Positions 26,275 through 39,780 are shown, numbered from the stretch's first letter. The stretch: DNA of 64,000 nt from Octopus vulgaris (GCA_951406725.2 OX597818.1:106888001-106952000); one strand, 5' to 3'. Notes: generated by a model from the sequence alone, not told the origin. Program-made: numbers and translations.

Positions 26275-26606
26275 GGAATGTGACGTAGTGGTCAGAGCAT
26301 TTAGATCGTGATTGTATGGTTGTGAGTTCAATTCCTAGTGGTACACTGTGTCATTGAGCAAGACACCTTATTTTATGTTGCTCCAGTTCACTCAAATGGC
26401 CAAAGCTGAGTTGTATCTATAATTCAAAGGGTCAGCTTTGTCCCCTTTCGTGTGACACTGAATTTCTCTGAGAATTACGTTAACGGATCATGTGTCTGTG
26501 TAGTGCTCATCCACATGCATCTTAATTTCATCTTAATTTCATGAGCTGCCGTTCCATTGATAGGATCAACTGGAGCATTCATTGTCATAGTAACTGACAG
26601 AATGTC
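26275..26606 (+). mobile_element. tRNA-derived SINE (family C2): CORE-like middle plus C1-type 3' half
   Basis: A box TGACGTAGTGG, B box GAGTTCAATTCC, TTGAGCAAGACACCTTATTT; 3' half matches the reverse complement of 2640-2812. Confidence 0.75.
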
Positions 26607-26649
26607 AGCTGTTTTTTTAAAATATTTTGATAATTTCCAATGCTTTTAG

Positions 26650-27610
26650 CCCTTAAAATCTTCCTTGAACCCAGCACCCTCATTCTTCTTTGTCTCTCCC
26701 TCACCTACGATTGCATTTCTATTTTCTATTTCAGAAACTTCAATAAACTTATCACCAGAATGGTTAGGGGCACAAAGATGAGCCATGATCCAATTAGTTT
26801 ATTTGATGGTGTATTTCAAGCCCTAGTTGACCAGTTTATAAGTTCTTACCTCAGGACAGTACCAATTCTCTCTCCTAGGATCTCCTCACATCCTGCATTT
26901 TCTTCCTTAACTTTTTCCAACCAGCTTTGAAATTCACATCCACCATTTTTGGCATCTCTCTTAACTTGTTTGACATCTCCAGTTTCATTGTCCGCCCAAC
27001 CACTCGATCTCTGTCTTTTACAAACACATCACCTCAAAGCTTTTTATCAATTTCTCCTCTCATCTTTCCCTACTCACTCCAGATCAACACTCTTCTTCTC
27101 AAAATTCCTCCATTACTTCCACCTTTACTATCAAGATTCGGTTTTTAAGGCTAAATCCAACCAAATACTCCACTTTTGTCTTAAATGGAGTTATGTCTAG
27201 CTTGCTATCATTAAACCTTAGCTACCAACTCTAACAGAATAATTATATCCTGTTTTATGACCAGATTTATCAGTCTTTCAGTGCTTGGTCACCCACCAAT
27301 TTCATCCCTTACTCCTCCTTATCTTCTACCCTGTTACTTGACCTCTAAACTGGGCCATCCTCAGAATTTCCATTTTCTCCAACGTCATTTACCCCTCAAC
27401 TTTCTAGAAACCCTACTTTCTTCCTTTAGACATGATCATATCTTGTATAAACGTCTCAGTCTGTGACCCCTTCATGCTTTGCCTGACTCAAGTTGGAATG
27501 TTTGTTTTGGTCCCCAATGTAGAACCTGCATTTTCTTTTACATAACGTCACTACATTGCCCAGTCCTGAATTGATTTTGCAAGCCATGGACTGTTTTAGT
27601 CGTAAATAAG
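26650..27610 (+). pseudogene. Decayed Penelope-like element RT, thumb and Cys linker (Neptune-like)
   Basis: Across frames: GTKM...LF.G; KFTSTI...LNLFDIS; SSFPTH...FSKFL...QDSVFKAKS; LSSFRHD; CFGPQCRTC. Confidence 0.65.
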
Positions 27611-27935
27611 ATTTGCTGTTCTTTGACAGATCAATCCAGAATGCATGATACATGTCACATCAGCTTGGCTCCCCCAAACATGTTTCAATCCCATTCCTGC
27701 TGTCTCCTAATTGTCTTTAGTCTATTCTAGAACCATGGCTCACCTTCTTCTACATATACATACATTCACTTTACAACTCTTCAATTTACTTGTCCATACA
27801 CACCAAAACTCCTACCAATTCTGATGCTGTTTACTTTTCTCTTTCTTTTAATGCATGAACAACTTCTCCATTCATCAGACATAGGCACTTTCCTCAGTTC
27901 AGAAACCACATATCCATCTACTCACTTCCTTCCTT

Positions 27936-27936
<1 letters not shown>

Positions 27937-28029
<93 letters not shown>

Positions 28030-28058
28030 ACTACTACTACTATTACTACTACTACTAT
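27937..28058. repeat. (CTA)n(CTG)n(CTA)n microsatellite
   Basis: Direct reading. Confidence 0.96.
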
Positions 28059-29675
28059 CACAGTTGTTGATAATAGCACATGGATGGTTTCTTTCTCTTT
28101 CTTATTATCTGTCTACTTCATCTTGAACTAGAGCCTGTGTTCCTCCATGGAAAATATAATGACTTTACAGCCATTGTTAAGTTTATTTTCCTTGAATTAC
28201 TTGCTGCTGATACCAACCCATAAGAAATATGTTTATCAAATACATTTCTGAAAAGGTATTTCGGATATTTGTTTTACTCAATTTCTCCAATAATTTTGAA
28301 AATAATCATAATCACACAATGACAAAAAACTTTAAAAACATTGAAAAATGTTGGTGAGATCTTATTGTGTAATCATTCATCGAAGTCTAAGTGGTTTAAA
28401 GTATTTAACTTATAATGTTTTGCAGAATACCTTTGTAGTATCCCATTTGGTTAAACCGACTCAAATATGTCATCCCTTTCCCTGAACAGAAATGAGTATA
28501 AACGATATATTTACGAATATTATGGGAAACACTCCAAGCATTACTGATTAGAACAACTGGAAATATAGTTTGAGCTTATTCTAAAATTCATATTTGAAAA
28601 TTCTGCATTTACTTGTCTTACCCTTTTCATATACATTCATTCTTGCAAGTTTGAAGAAATGAGCTGACAGAATCTATAATACAAGAAATATATTCCCATG
28701 TGTTAGACGATCCCTTTCACATCAAACAGCTGTTTTTATATTCACACCTACAACATATTATTGGGTGTCTAGTATTACATATTTTGATTGATTGTTGATA
28801 TAATTTAGATAATAATTTCTTGCACTAACACAACATCACTAATTATATTGACAGTAGTTGGCACAATTCTTTTAACGCATAACTTGAGGAAAAGGCATAT
28901 ATCTTGATATTGGGAAAAGCTTATTGTATATAGGTAAGTATTTGAAGTGAAAAATGTGAACAGAACTCTACAGTATTTGGGAAAGAATGATTTGATGATG
29001 AACTACAGAAGGTGTAATGGTCCAGTGAACCGTAAGAGGTGTGTGACAGAAATAATGTCTTAACATTCAATTAATAATCTAGCCTAAAGTATCTGGGATC
29101 AGTACAGGTCATGGACTTGGCTCAGAAGTGAACCACACATTAGTTTTACTCATAGAATACAAGCAAGATGATGAAGGAGAGCAGACCTATGTAACAAATA
29201 AAAGCAGGATAATGATTAATTAAACTAATTAATGGTGATAATATAGATGAAAATGATAATATTGATAATGGCAATTGAAGAGAAGGATGAAGTGGACAAA
29301 GAAGAGGTGAAGACAAAAAAAAAAAAAAGAAATAAAGATTGAAGATGGAACTGGTGACGATATAATTGATGGTTTGTTGTTTACTTCATTTATTTAATTT
29401 CATTTTGTTTTAAGTGATTAATTTCCATTTTGTCACATCTAAAACAAGGTGTAACAGCCACAGAAACAAAAAACAAAAGCAAACACATTTGATAAAATCA
29501 ATATCTCCTAGTTTTGTTATAACGTTTACTGGAGAAGTTCATTATCATGGACACTCATAATTGACAAATGTTCTCATTCTCACTCTCAATATACAGATAT
29601 AGATATATGTTTATCTTTGTGTGTGAATGTGTGTAATTGTGTGCAAGTATGTGTGCCTCTGCACGTGCGTGTGTG

Positions 29676-29722
<47 letters not shown>

Positions 29723-29745
29723 ATATATATATGTGTATGTATAAG

Positions 29746-29980
29746 AAATGATAAGAAATGGAGCAATAATTACAGTTAGAAGTGAATCATTGGTGCTTTA
29801 AAACACTAATGATCCACTTCTAACTGTTATTATTACTCCATTTCTTGTCATTTTTTATATATATTAAACCTTTTAAATTACCTATAACAAAGACCATACA
29901 TACTGAGGTAATACCAGGAGGGCCTTTCGATACATCTTTCCCTCAGAGGGTTACATTACCTCTATCTTATATCTTACACT
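29746..29980. mobile_element. Hairpin element (50-bp arms 29746-29795 and 29804-29853) with unpaired tail, in (TA)n
   Basis: Arms are imperfect reverse complements; tail motif CATACTGAGGTA..CCAGGAG.GGCC recurs at 60016. Confidence 0.8.
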
Positions 29981-30414
29981 ATATATATATATATAAATAT
30001 AAGATCTAAGGATCAAGGTGTAGGAAGAAAGTGAGCTTCAAGCAATCCATTGCAAACATAGAGAAACACCTTTCAGGAACAACAGTGGTTTATCAGGGCA
30101 GAAGGTAGTGGATTTTTTTTCCATATCCAAGTACAAGCTGAAAAAGTTATTTTATATTTCAAAGTAGGCAGCCAGGGTTGCTAGGTATGCAAATAAAAAT
30201 CCAAGAGTTAAGGAATGAAGAAGATGAAATCTGGGTTACATATGCTTCATAGTGAGTGAAACCTCAGAAGTGGTAAATATCCAAGTGAGGGGTATACTGC
30301 AAGCTATTCTCCAGGCCAAGAATATCTTGATTAAATGAAGTTTAAATTTTCATTATGTGGCCCATATGAAAGATTCATATATACATACCTCACAATCAAA
30401 TGGAAATTGTAGTT

Positions 30415-30745
30415 GTGGCCGATGCCAGTGGCACGTAAAAAGCACCATCCAAACGTGGTCAATGCCAGCCCCACTCCCCAATTGGCTCCTGTGACAGTGA
30501 CACGTAAAAAGCACCATCTGAGTGTAGCCAATATCAGTGCTGCCTGACTGGCTCCTATGCCAGTGACACATAAAAATCCCCCACTACACTTTCGGAGTGG
30601 TTGGCATTAGGAAGGGCATCCAGCTGTAGAAATTCTGCCAGATCAGATTGGAGCCTGGTGCAGCCACCTGGCTTGCCAGTCATCAGTCAAACTATCCAAC
30701 CCATGCCAGCATGGAAAACGGACATTAAACGATGATGATGATGAT
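30415..30745 (+). mobile_element. RTE 3'-UTR-type repeat (family D) with three internal tandem units
   Basis: CAGTG(G/A)CAC(G/A)TAAAAA three times; CCAACCCATGCCAGCATGGAAAACGGACATTAAAC(GAT)n. Confidence 0.85.
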
Positions 30746-31544
30746 ATGTATGCATGTACAAAACAACCCATAGTCCTTAAGTCTGAAAAGTAGACACTAA
30801 AACTTCTTTTATGGAGTCAGAGAGCAATGATAGTAGATAGTACGCCTCCCACTTTCTTTGTACTACCTTTTACCTCTCCTCTCTGCAACTACTCCCATTC
30901 TACACCCACACTGTTCCCACCTTTCTGTGCCTTCAATTATCTCTTTCTTCCTCATGCTTTCCCTCTCTGCCATTTTAACTCATCACCTGTTTTCAATCTC
31001 ACATATCTTCTGTTGTGCCCCACTCATTGTAGCCATCCTTATCTACCTCTACATTGCCCTCCTCATCACTCCTATACTCTGCATGTTGTCCCCAGTCTAT
31101 GTTCTGATTTCTCATTCTTGAGTCACTTCTGTCTCTCTCACATTATCTCCCCCACCACCTTCCCTCCAAACTGTTATTTCCCATCAACCACATCACCACC
31201 CTTGTTCATCATTCACTACACTCACCCCTACCCTGCCAGTCTTTAACCATTTCTTACTCCCTCCCCCGTCACACTTTTATGAAAGTATCCATTCTCTCTT
31301 CCCCTCTCATCACCCAGTCTCCATCCTCTCTCTTATGTTCACCTTCTTGTACCCTGAGAGATTTTCTTTTTTTACCTCCTTCTCAACTACTTCTGCCCCA
31401 CCCCTATATAACGTGGGGTAGCCAGGTATCTCATCTATAGCAAAACTCTTGAGCTTCTCCCTCAATCGTAGTCTTTCAATGCCTTCGATAAATCCACCTC
31501 CCCCTTGTCCCACTTAGTGGGACCTTTGCTTCCTACCCCCATGT

Positions 31545-31770
31545 TCTTTTTCTGCCTTGCAAGTTACCCTGCGACCTCACTAGTGCCATTGGCATGAAAA
31601 AAGCACTCTGCACACACTGTAATGTGGTTGATGTTAAGAAGGGCATCCAGCCATAGAAACCATACCAAAGCTGACACTGAAGTCTGCTTCAGCCCTGTGG
31701 CTGGCTGGATTCTGCCATATTGTTCATCCTGTGCAAGCATGGAAAATGGATGTTAAATGATAATGATGGG
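31545..31770 (+). mobile_element. RTE 3'-UTR-type repeat (family D)
   Basis: AAGGGCATCCAGCCATAGAAACC...AGCATGGAAAATGGATGTTAAATGAT. Confidence 0.75.
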
Positions 31771-31792
31771 ATGATGATGATGATGATGACGG

Positions 31793-31852
<60 letters not shown>

Positions 31853-32040
31853 CGGGGATGATGATGATGATGGTGATGATGATGATGATGATGATGATGA
31901 AGATGATGACGACGACGGGGATGACTGGGATGATGATGATGATGATGGTGGTGATGATGATGACAATGATGGTGATGATGATGACCACAGTGTTGATGAT
32001 GATGATGATGATGATGATGATAATGACGATGATGGTGATT
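31758..32040. repeat. (GAT)n microsatellite expanded from the family D tail
   Basis: Direct reading. Confidence 0.96.
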
Positions 32041-32689
32041 TATAGTTATAAGCGCACTTCTTTTATAATGAAATAAAAAAAAATATATACATTCCTACCA
32101 TTTCCTGGAATTTAATTCAAGTAATTAAAAGAAAATTGATGTCATTTATTCACTTATTACATTATGAATGGACAGACATTTTGTGAAAAGCTTTTAAAAG
32201 TGGTAATTCAAAGACAAACAGAATATTTCTATGCAATCTTTACTAACAAACACAAAGTTCCACAATGCCATGTCTAAAGAAACTAATTGGAAATGCAGAG
32301 TTCTACCAAAGAATAACAGATGCTTGTGTCAATATTTCAAAGTATTCTGCACGATAGATGTCTGGTCTGGAGATGTTTTAAGTTGTAAATAATAATTTTT
32401 AGGCTCTTTGGGATTTTGAATTCTTCATACAGATTTCCTGGTTGCGCTATTGTTGGGAGGAATAATTAGCATTTATTAGATAGGACTGTTACATCGCAAT
32501 AAACCGTGTTTGGCAAAGTTAAGTTGTGGAGTTTTTGATTCATTTGCTTGAGAAAAAAAAAAATTTCTAAGCAGTTTTTAGAAACGAATTGAATTTCTAG
32601 ATATTTTCTGCCTTCATCTAATTAAGGACATTTTCTGAATTGCTGCAGTTTATTTATTAGCCCTGGTGTCTTTTATCTGTTATCTTCTA

Positions 32690-32880
32690 CTTATTTGAGA
32701 CTGCGGCCATACTGGGGCACCACCTTGAGGAATTTTAGTTGAATCAATCAACTCCAGAACATTTTTATCTTTTTTTCTTAATCTTGTTACTTATTCTGTT
32801 GGACTTGTTTTGCTGCACTGCTAAGTCATGGGTAGATAAATATGTCAACACCAGTTGTCATGCAGTGGTGGAGGGCCACA
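32690..32880 (-). mobile_element. SINE family A, 3' half
   Basis: GACTGCGGCCATACTGGGGCACCACCTTGA...CTGCTAAGT...(CA)n. Confidence 0.7.
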
Positions 32881-33049
32881 CACACACACACACACACACG
32901 CACACACACACATACACACACACACACACATACACACACACACACACACACAAATACACACATCATCATCATTATCGTCATCATCATCATCGTCCTCATT
33001 ATTGTTGTCATCGTCATCGTCGTCATTGTCATCACCATCATCATCATCA

Positions 33050-34070
33050 TCATTTAACATCTGTTTTCCATACTGGCATGGGTTGGACAGTTTGACTGAA
33101 AACTGATAAGCTGGTGGGCTGCATTAGATTCCAATCTGATTTGGCATGGTTTCTACTGCTGGATGTCATTCCTAATGCCAACCACTCCAAGACTGTAGTG
33201 GGTGCTTTTTATGTGCCACTGGCACAGGTACCAGTTACAGAACACCATCGGCCATGACTATGATCTCACTTGATTTGACAGGTCTTCTCAAGCATGGTAT
33301 ATTACCAAACTTTTTGGCCACTTGTGACTGCCCCCATGAGGCCCAAAGTTCGAAAGGTGCCAGTTCTGTGACACTTGCATCAGCTTTTGGCTTGACGGGT
33401 CTTCTCAATCACAGCATATCACCCAACATTTGAAGGGTGCTTTTTATGTGCCACCAGCATGGGTTACCATCATGTGATACTAACATCAGCCACAACTACG
33501 ATTTCACTTGGCTTGGTGGGTCTTCTCAAGCATGGCATTTTGGTCTCTGTGGCTTGTAATTGCCTCCATGAGACCCAACATTCAAAGATCATGCTTCACC
33601 ACGTTGTCCCATGTCTTCCTGGGTCTACCACTTCCACAGGTTCTTTCCACAGTTAAAGATCAGCACTTCTTTACACAGCTGTCCGCATCCATCCACATCA
33701 TCTGACCATACCAACACAGTCGTCTTTCTTGCACACCACATCTGATGTCTCTTATGCCCAACTTTTCTCTCAAGACACTTATACTCTGTCATACACGCAC
33801 ACTGACATTGTACATCCAACGAAGCATAGTGGCTTTATTTCTTTCAAGTTTACGCAATTCCTTGGTGGTCACAGCCCATATTTCACTGCTGTGTAGCATG
33901 GTTGTTTGCACACAGGCATCATACAATTTGCCTTTCACTCTGAGGGAGAGGCCCAGCAGATGTAGGAGCTCTCTAAACTTCACCCTGCCTATTCTTATTC
34001 TAGCATCCACCTATGCTCCTAGATAAAGGAAAGCTATCAACTACTTCTAATTTTTCCCCACTGGCATTTA
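33050..34070 (-). mobile_element. Decayed RTE-clade LINE 3' portion with 3' UTR and (GAT)n tail
   Basis: EKLEVVDSF...ARIRIGRVKFRELL...KGKLYDACVQTTMLHSSEIWA...GRPRKTWDNVV; the UTR is family D sequence. Confidence 0.9.
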
Positions 34071-35134
34071 ATGGAGTCTATTTTCTGTACATTTTTAGTG
34101 TTAATTGTGCCAGTGCTCCTTCCACACATAAAAACTATGTTCCTTGTTAACCTTCCTCTGATATTGTTGAACCTCTTAAGTGACAACAACAAAAATCAAC
34201 CTCGCTTGAATGTTTTATTTTTAAGCATACAGGAAATAAAAAAAAACAATCAAGAAATAACTTTACTGGAAAGTTACCTTAGCCTCAACCTCAACATGTT
34301 ATAATTAAAAATGAAATGATAGCAAAGTGGCAGTGTTAATGAATAATGAATAAAGCTTTAACATATTCAAGGATTGACGATCCTGAATTAAAATCCAACC
34401 AAAATTTACATTATTGTGAAATTGATTTCATCTTTTATGAACATGTAAGCAATTGGTGAAAACATTGAACATGCCATTCATGTTAACGTTTGTCATCTGA
34501 TCGGAAGTATTTCATTTGTATCTCCTGTGACAACTAACATTATCTGGAAATTTCTATTGAATTCAATAAAATCAATGTACTGTTGAATATTCTAATCTTG
34601 AGGCTAGAATTAGAGACGAAGACAAAAGATTTCCTTTTCTTAAATAGTTCTGATCCGAGCAAACAATCGCTCTGATTTGTACAATTAACTTCAAAGTGTG
34701 AGATTGTTACCAATTCATCACAAGCTTTTAACTAAATTCTCTACAGATTTCTTTTTCGTTTTACTCTTAAATAATTCATCTGGTCATTCTTATCAAGTCC
34801 ATTCTGTCCTTGATGTAAAGTTTATTTTCTAACAGATTCTTATTCTAGGAAAGTGATGACATGTTATTTTATGCCTGCTGAGAAATGTCTAGACAATAGA
34901 AGACAAGGTCATTGGAAGCAATGTAACTGTTTTATGGTGAGAGTTTTTAGGAATGCTTTTTCTTTTAGAATTTTAATGGACAACTGAATGCTAGACAATG
35001 AAAATTTCAGCTCAACAAAGCAATCAAATGATTTACGATTTTCTTAATGTTACTGACAGTATTAAAGTGGGCCATTTATCAGAACAGAATTATAAACTAC
35101 TTTTTGTTGTTCCAACACAATGGGTCCAACTATT

Positions 35135-35138
<4 letters not shown>

Positions 35139-35228
<90 letters not shown>

Positions 35229-35282
35229 CACACACACACACACACACGCAGCATAGCCATGAGTGCTATAACACACATGCAC

Positions 35283-35320
<38 letters not shown>

Positions 35321-35425
35321 TCACATATTTACACATACACGCATACATATACTTATACATATACATATACACATATTCATGTATACATTCATACATACAT
35401 ACATGCACTCACACACATACATACA
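35139..35425. repeat. (CT)n(CA)n(TA)n compound microsatellite
   Basis: Direct reading. Confidence 0.93.
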
Positions 35426-36720
35426 TAAGGTGGCCCAAAAATGTATACACACACTGAATGATTATAATGTATTGTCATCATCCTCATCATCGTTTAACGT
35501 CCACTTTCCATGCTGGCATGGGTTGGAAGGTTTGACTGAGGGCTGGCAATCCAGAAGGCTGTACCAGGCTCCAATCTGCATTTATTAAAATATATTTCAT
35601 TTTCAAAATTTATAGAATTAATAGAATCTACAGACAGAATTTAATTTTTGACAAATGCCTGTTATCAAGCCAATGACTGTTCTGGTCCAATCACAACTAA
35701 TTAAGTGAAGCAGTGGAATAGCAAAAGAAATATTTTGATTAGTGTTTGTGTACTTCCTCATCCAATGACTGCCTTGAAGTTGTCAAGGGTTATCCCTTTT
35801 ATACTCTTACTCTTTACCCTTTTACTTGTTTCAGTCATTTGACTGCGGCCATGCTGGAGCACCGCCTTTAGTCGAGCAAATCGACCCCGGGACTTATTCT
35901 TTGTAAGCCTAGTACTTATTCTATCGGTCTCTTTTGCCAAACCGCTAAGTGACGGGGACGTAAACACACCAGCATCGGTTGTCAAACAATGCTAGGAGGA
36001 CAAACACAGACACACAATCACAGACACACACATATATATATATATACATATATACGACGGGCTTCTTTCAGTTTCCGTCTACCAAATCCACTCACAAGGC
36101 ATTGGTCGGCCCGGGGCTATAGCAGAAGACACTTGCCCAAGATGCCATGCAGTGGGACTGAACCCGGAACCATGTGGTTGGTTAGCAAGCTACTTACCAC
36201 ACAGCCACTCCTGCACCTGTAAACTTTATTTTCTGTGTATCCCTATAAAAAATGTCAAGTGAAAGGAGGTCTGGTGAATGCAGAAGGCATTCTACTGGAC
36301 CTGGTTGTCCAATTCCCTTGTTTGCAAAATCTCATCAAGGTAGGCCCTTATCTAACAGACATAGGGTGTGGAAGTCCCATCTTGCTGGAAATAAAACATC
36401 ACACTTTCAAAGTCGACTTGAATGGTTGCCATGACATTGTCACAACAACTTCAAACACATGGCACCAGTGATAGTACCATCACAAATGAATAAATAATGA
36501 GACAATTAATTTTTTTAATTAGAAGCCACACTATACTGCACCATACTGTAACTTCTAGTACATTAACATGATGTTACTCCATAATATGCAGATTCTCAGG
36601 TCTCCACTAGGTGCAATTGCACAATTCTGTAGCTGGTCTTCAGTGGTACTGACCAAAACCGAAACTCGTCGGCTTCTCAATTATCCTTCATCATCTGAGT
36701 CTAGCTTTCGACTTTCTCTG
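35426..36720 (-). mobile_element. Tc1/mariner-superfamily transposase remnant, interrupted by a family D tail (35478-35580) and a SINE
   Basis: Minus: VTVWCS (36535-36552), FQQDG (36376-36390), SPDL.SLDIF (~36250-36277); TIR-like TAAGGTGGCCCAAAA at 35426. Confidence 0.75.
35798..36218 (-). mobile_element. SINE family A, full length, CpG-rich (relatively young)
   Basis: All diagnostic blocks present; minus B box GGTTCAGTCCC. Confidence 0.92.
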
Positions 36721-36816
36721 CTGTCTTCACCCAAAAAAAACCTTTTAAAATAATAATTGTAACAATTATTATACAAACATAATCTATTTTTATGCTCATA
36801 CAGCTGCTCCTGCTGC

Positions 36817-36930
36817 TGATGATGATAATGACAATGACGATGAGGATGATGATGATGATGAGGATGATGATGAGGATGATGATGATGACGATGACGATGA
36901 CGATGACGATGATGATGATGATGATGATGA
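36817..36930. repeat. (GAT/GAC/GAG)n microsatellite
   Basis: Direct reading. Confidence 0.95.
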
Positions 36931-37281
36931 AAAAATGTTGAACCAGATTGAACTGGCAGAAAATTAAAGATGGTAACTTATAAAAAGCAATAATTAAATA
37001 AAATGCTTTGAAACATAAAAGGGAGATAATTAAAAAGATAATGAAGATAGAGATTGAACCAGAGAGATAGAGGGGAGGGAGTGAAGAAACATATATATAT
37101 ATGTATGTATATGTGTGTGTGTGTTTGTGTGTGTGTGTGAGTATGTGTTTGTGAATCTGTGTGTGTGAGTGTGTATTTGTGAGTCTGTGTGTATGAGTGT
37201 GTGTGTATGAGTGTGTATGTGTGTGTGCGTGGATGATGTGGAGTTGTCTGGAAATATGAGATAAGTTTAGGAGTGAAAGAG

Positions 37282-37340
<59 letters not shown>

Positions 37341-37345
37341 CAGAG
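37282..37345. repeat. (AGAT)n microsatellite
   Basis: Direct reading. Confidence 0.96.
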
Positions 37346-38394
37346 ATTGAGAGGGTGAGAGAGAGAGAGGTTACTACCAATGCCAGCACATTATCACCAT
37401 TTTCCAACCTCTTTATTTATATTGGAATATTGATCCAGGCAAACTTATCTGTTTTTCGTTTTCTTTTCCTAGGTCGGGGGTCACAAGGAAGATATGAATC
37501 AATATGTTTGTCAAATGGTTCTGGATGGACATCAAACTCATTGAAAAATGATAATTAGAGGGATATAATTTGAAAATAAAACTAAAGGAAAAATTAAAAT
37601 CTGAGATAAAAATTTAAATAAAATTAAAGAAAAACAACAAATAGAAAATTATAAGAAATTCATTTCAATGACTTTTAGTAAAATTCTTAAAGAATTACAA
37701 AAGAAAGCTTGCAAATTCTTGAGAGAAAAAGAAACATGTTATTTTGCAACAGAAGTAAAAGCATTTATGTACTCTATGTTTCTCGTTGCATATTCCTTGG
37801 ATAAATATTCAAGAAAAAGATTTTCATAAAATAATTACTTAATCTTGTGTGTATTAATATTATAATTGTTATCTCCTGTATAGATTTCTTAGCACAAGAG
37901 ACAAGATTAATTTTGAGTTATGGAAAGCAATGCAAAGAGAGCACAGGAACCATAGGAGATTGAATCAGTTGCAATGTATTTACTTAATTAACTGATCTTA
38001 AATGAGAATAAGAAAAGGTAAAGTCGACACACTGTAAGACATCACACTCTCCCCTGGCAGTGCCCCAGCATGGCCACAGCCTCAAGGCTGAAACATATGA
38101 AAGAATAAAAGAATAGAATTTTAGTTAAAAGGAAATATTTCTCTAGCACATTCTTCTTTGTTGAAAATGTACTCTTTTGCACTTGCTTTGTAAGATATAA
38201 GAATGAATTAATTGGTGTTTTGGGAAGAACTGCATTTAGATTGGTATATTAAGGACAGAAGCAGTGTTAATATCAAATGGCAATCTTGACGTCTTACTTA
38301 ATAGGATTAAATTACTAGAACACTGAATACTGAGGTATTTATCTCGAGAGATTCTCTTATAGATGTATGGTGCTAGGAGTGCACACATATCTCA

Positions 38395-38951
38395 TAGCAC
38401 ATGAAAACTGTGTGGAACGGGTGCCAGAACTGGCAGATCAAGTGATTTCAGCATAGTGCAGTCTCTGAATGGCCAGTGTCTGGTTGCCACATACCAGCCA
38501 AATCTCATTGCCAATGATATAAAGAATAACAGTGAATTTTCAGTCAGAGATGTTGCAAATATCCAGCAGGTTTATTACAAAATATATATTAGCAACAGAA
38601 GCAGTACAAAATGGCAATCTTTATATCGTACTAAATGTGAAGGCATTATTAGAATGCTAAATGCTGCGGTATTCACCTTGTGAGATCCTCTCATGTAGAC
38701 TTACAGTGCTAAGAGCACAGACATGTAGCAGACGAGCACAATCTGGTGTGGTGCCTGGAACTGTCAGATCTCCTGATTTCATTCTATGCATTCTATATAT
38801 GTGTGTATATGTGTGTGTATTGTATATATCATTGGCAGTGAGATTTGGCTTGTGCGTGGCAACCAGACATCTGTTACTGATGAAATGCAGTACACTGAAA
38901 CCATGTGATCTGACACCTCTGGCACTCATGCCACATGGTTATCATCTGCTA
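38395..38951. mobile_element. Old fold-back element, arms 38395-38521 and 38825-38951, with CTGATGA...GAAAC motif
   Basis: TGTCTGGTTGCCAC..A..AGCCAAATCTCA.TGCCAATGATATA is inverted; CTGATGA at 38877 and GAAAC at 38897. Confidence 0.75.
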
Positions 38952-38957
38952 CAATAA

Positions 38958-39283
38958 ATGGCTCAGTGGTTAGAACGTTCAGCTTACAATTATGGGGTTG
39001 TGAGTTCGAATCCCAGACTGGGTTGCATGTTGGGTTCTTAAGCAAGGCACTTTATTTCATGTTGCTACAGTTCACTAAGCTGTAGAAATGAGTTGCAACG
39101 TCACTGGTGCCAAGCGGTATAGGCCTTTGCCTTTCCCTTGGATAACACTGGTGGCGTGGAGAAGGGAGGCTGGTATGTATGGGCAATTGCTGGTCTTCCA
39201 TAAACAACCTTGCCCGGACTTGTGCCTGGGAAGGTAACTTTCTAGGGGCAATCTCATGGTCAGTCATGATTAAAGGGAGTCTC
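38958..39283 (+). mobile_element. tRNA-derived SINE (family C3): CORE-like middle plus a distinct tail
   Basis: A box TGGCTCAGTGG, B box GAGTTCGAATCC, AAGCAAGGCACTTTATTTCATGTTGCT. Confidence 0.8.
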
Positions 39284-39541
39284 AGCAGCTCTTAGCACTG
39301 TATGTCTATATAAGACAGCCGTTCAAGGTGAATACTCTGTACGTTCGGTGTTCTAATATGACTTCTACATTAAGTAGAAAATAAAGATGGCAAGTTAATC
39401 AATGGTTGACATTCCATGAGTCCTGACTACATGCTACAAAAACTCTAAGACTGGACTGTTTATTCTTTACTGGAATTTTCTTTATTGTGTTTTGATGTTA
39501 CTACATCAAGTTTACTTTAACCTTATCCAAAATTATAACTA

Positions 39542-39732
39542 AGTGTAGGGGTCACTGTGTGGTAAGAAGCTTGCCTCCCAACTACGCGGTTCTGGGTTCA
39601 GTCCCATTGTGTGAAACCTTGAATAAGTGTCTTCTATGATAGCCTTGGGCCAAGCAAAGGATTGTGACTGGGATTTGGTAGACAGAAAGTGAAAGAAGCT
39701 AATAATGTGTGTGTTTGCATGTGTGTATATGT

Positions 39733-39780
<48 letters not shown>

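Noticed and set aside
30415-30590. Short repeats with spacers resembling a CRISPR array (also 15055-15220 and 33200-33530)
   Set aside because: Internal tandem units of the RTE 3'-UTR repeat with related spacers; eukaryotic context and no cas genes.
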